A stretch of DNA of 64,000 bases from an uncultured Solirubrobacterales bacterium (GTDB lineage: Bacteria; Actinomycetota; Thermoleophilia; Solirubrobacterales; Solirubrobacteraceae). Under the pieces are notes generated by a model, which saw only the letters and a program-made list of their open reading frames with translations, ran no database searches and was not told the origin of the DNA. A program made the translations under genes and the position numbers. The stretch covers positions 297,907 through 361,906 of the forward strand of contig CAVYMX010000001.1 of assembly GCA_963769695.1 (NCBI GenBank), written 5' to 3'. This document shows, in pieces, positions 57,107 through 64,000 of this stretch. Each line of letters begins with the position of its first letter. Position 1 is the stretch's first letter.

Positions 57107-57570
57107 CGCCGCTGCGCCTTCAATTGCTCGGCGAGCCTTTCGAGCACCGGGAGTGCCTGCTCGAGCAGTTGACGCTCATGGTCGGAAAGGGTCTCGAGTT
57201 CGAGGTTCAGCGCATCGGTGCGCTCGCGTCGCATGCGCTCGCACAACCGCCGGCCCTCGGCCGTAACCGTGACCAGAGCGGCCCGCCCATCCCCCGGATC
57301 GGCGACACGCTCGACCAGGCCCGCGTCGCAGAAGTCGGCGACGACCCGCGAGAGCATGGTCGGGTTGACCCCTTCCTCGGCGGCGAGATCCGAAAGCCGG
57401 ATCGGACCGATCCTGAGAACCGTGAACAGAACCGAGATTCGGGTCGGCGTCAGCCGGGCGGCAGCACCCGCGGGCGTCGTGCGCAACCGGCGTGAAAGTT
57501 TGCCGACCGCGGCGCGCAGTCGGCCTGCGGTCTCGACTTCACTCCCGGGCGCGACGACCTGCGCTGGCAC
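57103..57570 (-). CDS. MarR family transcriptional regulator
   Basis: DPGDGRA..VT.EG wing motif. GAGGAGG SD. Confidence 0.9.
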   Translation of the reverse strand: MPAQVVAPGSEVETAGRLRAAVGKLSRRLRTTPAGAAARLTPTRISVLFTVLRIGPIRLSDLAAEEGVNPTMLSRVVADFCDAGLVERVADPGDGRAALVTVTAEGRRLCERMRRERTDALNLELETLSDHERQLLEQALPVLERLAEQLKAQRR

Positions 57571-57588
57571 TGGCCTCCTCGATTTAGT

Positions 57589-57604
57589 TGCTTGCTGGCA
57601 AGCA
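57589..57604. promoter_or_regulatory. Palindromic MarR operator candidate
   Basis: TGCTTGC-TG-GCAAGCA between a TAGACT -10-like box and the marR SD on the minus strand. Confidence 0.6.
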
Positions 57605-57674
57605 TTAGTCTAGCACGCCGGCATCGGCCGATCACGACGATCGACGGGGCCGGGAGTCAGGGCGGTGCCGGGCG

Positions 57675-59288
57675 TCAGTGCGCGAGTACTGCTGCCAGGG
57701 CGCCGCGCAGTGACGCTGCCGGGTCCAGCGGGGCCGAGGCGGTGCGCCAGGCCACGAAGCCGTCTGGGCGCACCAGTACCGCGCCGTCGGATTCGATCCC
57801 GTACAGCTGTTCGCAGCGTCCCTGCGTCTGCAGGGCATGAGCGGCAAGTGGGACTCCGCCGGCGACGTCCCGCGCGGCGCGCACCCAGCAATCTCCGGCG
57901 GCGCCGCTGAGCACCACCATGCCGTGGCCGAACAGATCCAGCGTCGAGCGCCCACCCTCGAGCCAAAGATGGGGAGCGCGCGAGCCGGGCCGGGCGTTTT
58001 GGACGTAGTCGCGCATCGGATCCGCGACGGTCGGCAGCTCTGAGCCGTCGGCGAGGATCGAAGCCGATGCATACGTGTAGCCGAGGTCCATTCCCTGACG
58101 CGTACCGATTGCGCCACGTGCCGCGATCCCCGCGCGGACGGCGTCGAGATCGCCGGCGCGGACGGCCTCGGCCATCTTGAGCATGCCCTCGCCGCGCCCG
58201 GCGGAGTAGTCGACGTTGCGCTGCGCGACGCCTCGGCGCTCCTGCTCGTAGGTGTCCAGCAGCCGCTCGCCGGCCCAGCCCGCGGCGACGGCGCCAACCT
58301 TCCAGGCGAGGTTGTGAGCTGACGCCACGCCGGTGTTCATGCCAACTCCACCATCAGGCGTGGTGCGGTGCGCGGCGTCTCCGGTCAACAGGATGCGGCT
58401 GTCGCGAAATCGGTCCGAGAGCTCCGCGCCCATGATCCAGGAGCCCAGGCTCAGCACGTCCACATCGAGCTCGGGCACGCCCGCAGCCTGGCGCACGATC
58501 CCCGCGCACCGCGCTGGCGGGAAGTCCTCGACACGCTCTCCGGCGACCAGGTTGCGATGAAGGATCCACTCGCTCCCGCCGTCGAGCGTGACGAACGCAC
58601 CCATCAGCTCCGGGGTCGAAATCGCGTAGGACCAGGCCGGGCGCTCGGCGACCAGCGAGCCGAGCTGCGCGCGGAAGAATACGTTGATGAAGTGCCCCAT
58701 ATCGCCCAGACCGGTCCGGCCGATCCCGAGCGCAGCGCGCACACTGCCGTTATTGCCATCGGCGGCGATCACCCAGCCCGCGAGGATGCTCGACTCACTC
58801 CCCGTCGCGCGGTCGATGACCGTCACCGTCACACGGCTGTCGTCCTGGGAGATCAACCCAACTTCGGACTCGTAGCGCAGCTCGGCGACCTCATGTGCTG
58901 CGGCGCGGGAACGCAGCACGGCTTCGGTGATGTGCTGCGGACAGCGAAGCGCTGAGGTCGGGCTCGGCGGATCGGACACGCCGGCGTCTGGATCCGGGGT
59001 GAGCGTGCGCCCCAGCTCCTCGCCTGCGAGTGTCGTTGTCCACAACATCTGACCACAGAACTCTGCCGGGACGCCCCGCGCGCGCATCTCACCTTCGGCC
59101 CCCCATCCCCGCAGCAACTCCGCCGTCCGCTGCATCACGCCCACGGCCTTCGGATGGTGTAGCGGAGTCGCGTGGCGCTCCACGAGCAGATGGGCGACGC
59201 CGAGCTGCGACAGCGTCAGCGACGCAGCCAGACCGCAAGGCCCTCCACCGACGATCAGCACTGGCACTTCAGTTGCCGATTCCGACAT
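57675..59288 (-). CDS. FAD-dependent monooxygenase (aromatic hydroxylase family)
   Basis: GGGPCG, AADG, GDAAH..P.GG.GMNTG, C-terminal RPDGFVAWR. Confidence 0.92.
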   Translation of the reverse strand: MSESATEVPVLIVGGGPCGLAASLTLSQLGVAHLLVERHATPLHHPKAVGVMQRTAELLRGWGAEGEMRARGVPAEFCGQMLWTTTLAGEELGRTLTPDPDAGVSDPPSPTSALRCPQHITEAVLRSRAAAHEVAELRYESEVGLISQDDSRVTVTVIDRATGSESSILAGWVIAADGNNGSVRAALGIGRTGLGDMGHFINVFFRAQLGSLVAERPAWSYAISTPELMGAFVTLDGGSEWILHRNLVAGERVEDFPPARCAGIVRQAAGVPELDVDVLSLGSWIMGAELSDRFRDSRILLTGDAAHRTTPDGGVGMNTGVASAHNLAWKVGAVAAGWAGERLLDTYEQERRGVAQRNVDYSAGRGEGMLKMAEAVRAGDLDAVRAGIAARGAIGTRQGMDLGYTYASASILADGSELPTVADPMRDYVQNARPGSRAPHLWLEGGRSTLDLFGHGMVVLSGAAGDCWVRAARDVAGGVPLAAHALQTQGRCEQLYGIESDGAVLVRPDGFVAWRTASAPLDPAASLRGALAAVLAH

Positions 59289-59327
59289 CGATGCCTACCC
59301 TAGTTGGGTCGACCGTGAGGAGGCAAC

Positions 59328-60158
59328 GTGCCGGACAGCAACGTGATCGGTGGCGAGCAACAGCGAACCCTTGCCGACGGCTCGGTTATCCCCGTGCTCG
59401 GGCTGGGCGTATGGCAGGTTCCGGATGGACCCGAATGCGAGCGGGCTGTCCGCTGGGCGCTTGAGGCCGGATACCGGCACATCGACACGGCACAGGCCTA
59501 TGGAAACGAAGCGAGCGTCGGGAGGGCGCTTCGCAGCAGTGGCATCCCTCGCCGCGAGGTGTTCATAACCACGAAGTTCTATCCCGCACGTCGCGACCCA
59601 GTGGCGGAGGTCCAGGCCAGCTTGCGCCGCCTGGGGGTCGACCAAGTGGATCTCTACATCATCCACTGGCCGCAGAACGGGCCGACCTGGGCGTGGCCGG
59701 GGATGGAGGCCGCGCGCGAACGCGGATTCGCTCGCTCGATCGGCGTCTCGAACTTCAGCGTCGACCAGCTCGAGCAGGTGACCGCGATCGCGAGTACGCC
59801 GCCCGTGATCAACCAGGTCCAGTTCAGCCCGTTTGAGTACCGCCGGGCGCTTCTGGAGGCATGCGAAGCGCGCAAGGTCCTCGTCGAGGCCTACAGTCCG
59901 CTCGGCACCGGCCGGCACCTCGCTGAACCGACCGTTGGCCGGGTCGCGCAGCGCCTGGGCCGGACGCCCGCGCAGGTCCTCCTGCGCTGGTGCCTGCAGC
60001 GGGGCGCGATCGTCCTGCCCAAGTCGACCCACCGGGAGCGAATCGAGGAGAACGCCAGGGTGTTCGACTTCTCGCTCTCAGACGCTGACATGGCCACCCT
60101 CGACGCGCTCGACACGACCGGCGGTACCGACAAAGCCCGCGAGCGGAAATGGTGGTGA
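59328..60158 (+). CDS. Aldo/keto reductase
   Basis: GYRHIDTAQAYGNE, DLYIIHWP, IGVSNF, LPKS. Confidence 0.95.
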   Translation: MPDSNVIGGEQQRTLADGSVIPVLGLGVWQVPDGPECERAVRWALEAGYRHIDTAQAYGNEASVGRALRSSGIPRREVFITTKFYPARRDPVAEVQASLRRLGVDQVDLYIIHWPQNGPTWAWPGMEAARERGFARSIGVSNFSVDQLEQVTAIASTPPVINQVQFSPFEYRRALLEACEARKVLVEAYSPLGTGRHLAEPTVGRVAQRLGRTPAQVLLRWCLQRGAIVLPKSTHRERIEENARVFDFSLSDADMATLDALDTTGGTDKARERKWW

Positions 60159-60166
60159 CTGTCAAG

Positions 60167-62219
60167 TCACAACAGCTTGACAGTCAGTGTTCGTGTGACC
60201 GGCTCCGCGCCTGCACGGGCCAGCGTGAGCGTGACCTTCACCCTGCGGAATTTGGCGAGCCGTTTGAGCGCGGCCTTGCTGAGCTTGATCGCGAGGCCGT
60301 GGTGGATTACGCCCGGCCGGATCATGAGATGGAAAGCTCGCAGCCCGCTGAGCTTGATGGTCAGCTCGCAGCTTCTGCCCCGTGCGGCGCAGGTTATGGC
60401 GCCGCTCAGGCGGAGCTTGCCGTGCTCGATCTTGGCGATGCTGCCGGTCATTCGGAACCATCCGGCCTTCGGCGCCGGGTTGTGGTGCGTTGCCGGGCCC
60501 GGGCCAGTCGGGTTGGTGCTGGGGGCGCTCGGACCGGTGCCGCCGGTCGGTCCTTGCCCGGCGGGGGTCGCCGGGGGGATCACGAACAGGGTCATCGACC
60601 GGGCGGGGAAGGTGGCGGTGAACCCGGCGGAGGTCACGCTCTGGTCGGGTTGGCGGGTGATCGGACCCCCGGTCCACTGCCACGTCTGAGCGGAGGCTGC
60701 CGAGCTGAAGCCCGATAGCACCAGCGGGCTGGTCAGCCCGCCCGCGGTCTTGTTGATCACGACGATCGTGAGCGCCCCATCTCTCGATCGCAGGGCGCTG
60801 TAGATCGCGAGTGAGCCCTGGTCGCTGCTTTGCGAGCTCGCGTAGGTGTCGCCGAACGTGGAGTGATTTCCGTCGTAGTTGCGGTAGAGCAGGAAGGCAT
60901 CGTCGATCAGCGGGCCGTCGTTCGACAGCGTCCAACGGGTCGCCAAGCCCAGTCCTTCGCGGGCGAAGATGCCTAGGGTGTCGGCCTGGATCAGGGCGTT
61001 GGTAACTGCGTAGCCTCGCTGGCCGCTATCGATCGAGAGGTTGTATTCGCTCAAAGAAGTCCCAATGCCGGGGTCATCGTCAGCCACCCACCGCTGCATT
61101 CGCGGGATCAGGTCGATCGGGGTGTTGATCCAGCTGGGGTCGACGTACGTCGGATCCCACAGCGATCGGGTCACGTCTGTCGTCTCGCCGCCCTGGCGGT
61201 AGTAGTGCAGGTCCAAATAGTCGAACAGGCGCCCGCCGTGGGTCTTGTCGTAACTCTGCGCCTGTTCCAGCAGCCATGCCACCAGCGGGACACCGCCATG
61301 GTGGGCGCGGTCAGGGGAACTCGCAGAGCAGCCATTTTGGATCTCGTCGGCGGCGCTGCACAGATAGTTCGGCCAGCCCCACTCGGAGAATGCCAGCACC
61401 TTGGCCGTCGGATCTGTCGCCTTGACCGCCGCCGCGGTCGTCTCGGACTTCTGCCACAGCTCGTCGTAGGTCGTCGCCTGAGGATGCATGTCGCGATGGG
61501 TCTGGTCCCAAAGCGCCGGTTCGTTACCCAACTCGTAGAACTTCACGCCGCCGTGAGCCGCGGTCCCGTAACGACCCTTAAGGTCATCGATCCATGCTCG
61601 AGGCGTTTGTGGCCGGGTCGATCGGCGTCGAGTCTCTGGAAGGGTTGGCGGTCAAATCCGTCCCGTTGTCAGTGCCGCTGCCGCAGTTTGCGTCGTAGGG
61701 ATCGAAGCTGTCCTGCGTTGCGAAAGCCGAGGACGGGAACCCGCACGTGAACGGATGGTTCAGGGGCGCGTCGCTGGCCACCTCTCCCATCAACGGCAGC
61801 GTCAGCAACGTCGCGGCGTTCTCCGCCCGGTCTTGGGCGATGAACGACTGATACCCGGGTGGGTTCGGTCCCCGCCCTCCGTTACACCAGCCGTCGGCAG
61901 CATTCCAGCAGTCGGCAATGTTCTCGAAGTAGTAGTCGCTGCCGGTGTTCGATGAACCGAGCCGCCAGTTGTAGGTATCGGTGGTGTTGCCACCCCACCG
62001 GTCTACGGGGAGGCCAATCTGGGCCGCGACAGTCGGGTCCGCGTAGTTCATCCCGTAGATGTACGGACTGATCGCGTGTTGTCCCGCACCCGCGTCGACG
62101 GCCAGCGTCGGAGCGGCCGCTGCGCTGCCGGCTGAAAAGGCCAGGAGCGCAAACGCCGCCACGAGCTGCGCCGGCAAGCGAGCCGGCGACCGACGCAACC
62201 GCCTCCCCAGTGAGAGCAC
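60167..62219 (-). CDS. Secreted glycoside hydrolase family 44 protein, +1 frameshift near 61598
   Basis: ISPYIYG, RWGGN, YELGNEP, DLHYY, TRSLWDP.Y, SEYN. Two ORFs join by removing one base. Confidence 0.88.
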
Positions 62220-62312
62220 CGGCCCACTATGGACCGCCGGAGGTCCGCTGGCAAGCCCAGCTCGACAAACTACCTGCGGCGGCTGCCCGTGCGGAGCGGT
62301 GCGGAACGAGAG

Positions 62313-62780
62313 TTAGAACCGTCTCCGATCGCGTCGCCGCTCGCGCCGTCGAACTCCGCACACAGAGACTGGCGAGAGTGGCCGACCGAAGGGGTCGATA
62401 AACAGCGTGACAGGGCCGGTCTGCGTCGGAACCGTCCCCTCGAGGGTGTCGATGGAGTAGGACAGCTGGCCGTTCTGCAGACGCGGCTGCTTGATCACGA
62501 TGACCGCATCTTCGGGCGCTTCATCGCCGGGCTCGAGGAACGCGAGCACCGCATTCGGCGGGTCTTCCTCAAAGCTGTTGTCCCCCTCGGCCCAGAGCTC
62601 GACAAAGTCGGCCGTGGTCATGTGCCCAACGACTCGTTTCGGCCGATCGGAGAAGTAGAGCGTGGATGGCGTGACCTCGTTCAACGTCAGGGTGTTCCCG
62701 TCGCTCGTCATGCCGTGTGCGGTCTGCACGAACATCGACTGCTCGGCCTGGAGCTCTTCGATCATCTGCTTGTCGCTCAT
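62313..62780 (-). CDS. Conserved hypothetical protein (FSDRP motif)
   Basis: 155 aa, GAAGG SD, YFSDRP.R, DPPNA, Arg-rich tail. Confidence 0.75.
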   Translation of the reverse strand: MSDKQMIEELQAEQSMFVQTAHGMTSDGNTLTLNEVTPSTLYFSDRPKRVVGHMTTADFVELWAEGDNSFEEDPPNAVLAFLEPGDEAPEDAVIVIKQPRLQNGQLSYSIDTLEGTVPTQTGPVTLFIDPFGRPLSPVSVCGVRRRERRRDRRRF

Positions 62781-62944
62781 CTGAACCTTCCGTCGTGTTT
62801 CTCAGGGGATCGTGCGCGAATGGTTCGATCGCGCAATCAGCCCACGATTGGGCGACGGTAGCTCCGCCACCGTCGCCGGTCATCACCCGTAACGGATGAC
62901 GACACGGTGCGGCCGGCTGACGCAGACTTCCTGACGGGTGCCCA

Positions 62945-63793
62945 TCAACCCGGTGCCCTCAACCGACGCAGCGTCCGATCCAGCTCGTCCCTTCTGATCG
63001 GCCCGCCGTAATGCCCGCCGTTGATGTAAATCTCAGGTACGGCGTGCGTGCCGCTTGCCGTGGCTTGCCGGATCTGCTCGACCACTACGGCTCGATAGCG
63101 CCCGGCCCGCAATTCAAGCTGGAGACGATCCGGATCCGCCACATGCCCGGCCGCGATATCGAGCAACTCAGTCTCATCCGTGACTCCCGAAGTGGCGAGG
63201 TGACCGAGCAGCTCAAAGAACTTTCCCTGGGCCGCCGCGGCCTCGAGGGCCTCTGCGGCCGGCAGCGAGAGCGGGTGGACATCTGCGAGCGGTAGCTGAC
63301 GTACCGCCAGCCGGATCTGCTGCGCATCGGCGAACTCCGACAGCAGCCGATATGCGCTCCGGCACGGCTCAGACGAGATATCGAGGTAAACGGCGAACGT
63401 GGGAGCTTCCTCGGGTCCGCGTACGTGGTCGGGCGACCCAACTGGCGGATCGAGGACGGGCGCGGTGCCGGACCCCGCCCGCCAGTCGGCGAGCGCCTGA
63501 GCGATCGCGTCGGGAGGTTGGTGAGGCGCACCCGGTCGGTGGTGGCCGGCGGTGCCGCGCTCCCAGTTGCGCAGGTCTTGTGTCGTGTCGTGCGCGAGCT
63601 CGCTCGGCGACTCGGGAGGTCCATCGGGGCTGCGGTAGGGCGTTTGGCTGATGCCGCTACCTGTCCGGGTGTAGTAGCCGTAAGCCACGGCCAGGAACAA
63701 CACCACGACGACAGCGATGAAGATCAGGCTGCCGCCGGCCAGCGCGAACGGGATGGCGAGCGCCGATTCAACCACGACCGCGACGATACCCAA
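62945..63793 (-). CDS. Membrane protein with DsbA/thioredoxin-like domain lacking CxxC
   Basis: N-terminal TMs, DHVRGP, RQLPL..VHP, AAEA.EAAA.QGKF, P..YING. Confidence 0.75.
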   Translation of the reverse strand: MGIVAVVVESALAIPFALAGGSLIFIAVVVVLFLAVAYGYYTRTGSGISQTPYRSPDGPPESPSELAHDTTQDLRNWERGTAGHHRPGAPHQPPDAIAQALADWRAGSGTAPVLDPPVGSPDHVRGPEEAPTFAVYLDISSEPCRSAYRLLSEFADAQQIRLAVRQLPLADVHPLSLPAAEALEAAAAQGKFFELLGHLATSGVTDETELLDIAAGHVADPDRLQLELRAGRYRAVVVEQIRQATASGTHAVPEIYINGGHYGGPIRRDELDRTLRRLRAPG

Positions 63794-63841
63794 TGCTGAC
63801 AGGTCTTTCGGAAGCTATCCCCGAATACCATTGCGGCGCCC

Positions 63842-64000
63842 GTGGCGCGCCAGTTGACGACCGACCTGCTGATGCTCGAGCAGTCGGTCGTGCTCGAGGG
63901 CAGAGATGTGGTGGACATCGGCTGCGGGGGCGGATGCCTCGTGCGGGAGCTCTCGGCGCTCGGCGCTCGTGTGACCGGGATCGAAATCTCGGCCGAGCAG
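63842..64000 (+). CDS. Class I SAM-dependent methyltransferase (5' part, runs off window)
   Basis: VVDIGCGGG motif I, ARVTGIEIS. Confidence 0.75.
   Translation, partial: MARQLTTDLLMLEQSVVLEGRDVVDIGCGGGCLVRELSALGARVTGIEISAEQ

Overview
High-GC actinobacterial chromosomal window. Gene content and protein style suggest Thermoleophilia/Solirubrobacterales (inference). It has three parts. (1) A left accessory block (SDR, MFS, HxlR, a 350-nt C-free purine tract, ArsR-SRPBCC-DHFR-like, VOC) ending at tRNA-Met(CAT). (2) A conserved housekeeping run on the + strand: ftcD, MBL hydrolase, hisS, aspS, IscU-mnmA fusion, alaS, ruvX, mltG, aroE, aroC, aroK-aroB, aroQ, pepQ, efp, nusB, add and an OmpR/sensor pair, interrupted by secreted-protein genes (BNR-repeat, GH6, M23-like). 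(3) A long mixed metabolic/accessory region: thioesterase-PPTase-phosphoesterase-YdjC-endoglycoceramidase operon, NAD kinase, catalase, DUF2252, diguanylate cyclase, P450, thiol dioxygenase, MmgE/PrpD, ArsB+USP, MarR/MFS, FAD monooxygenase, AKR, GH44. I saw no integrase, transposase, CRISPR array or rRNA. Several single-base frameshifts in otherwise intact genes point to long-read indel errors. The most notable observations are a dispersed ~230-bp palindromic element in four full or partial copies whose hairpin mismatches are strand-specific G-U pairs, an IscU-like scaffold domain fused to a CxxC-type MnmA, a coupled five-gene glycolipid-processing-like operon, and a shared basic C-terminal domain on unrelated secreted proteins.
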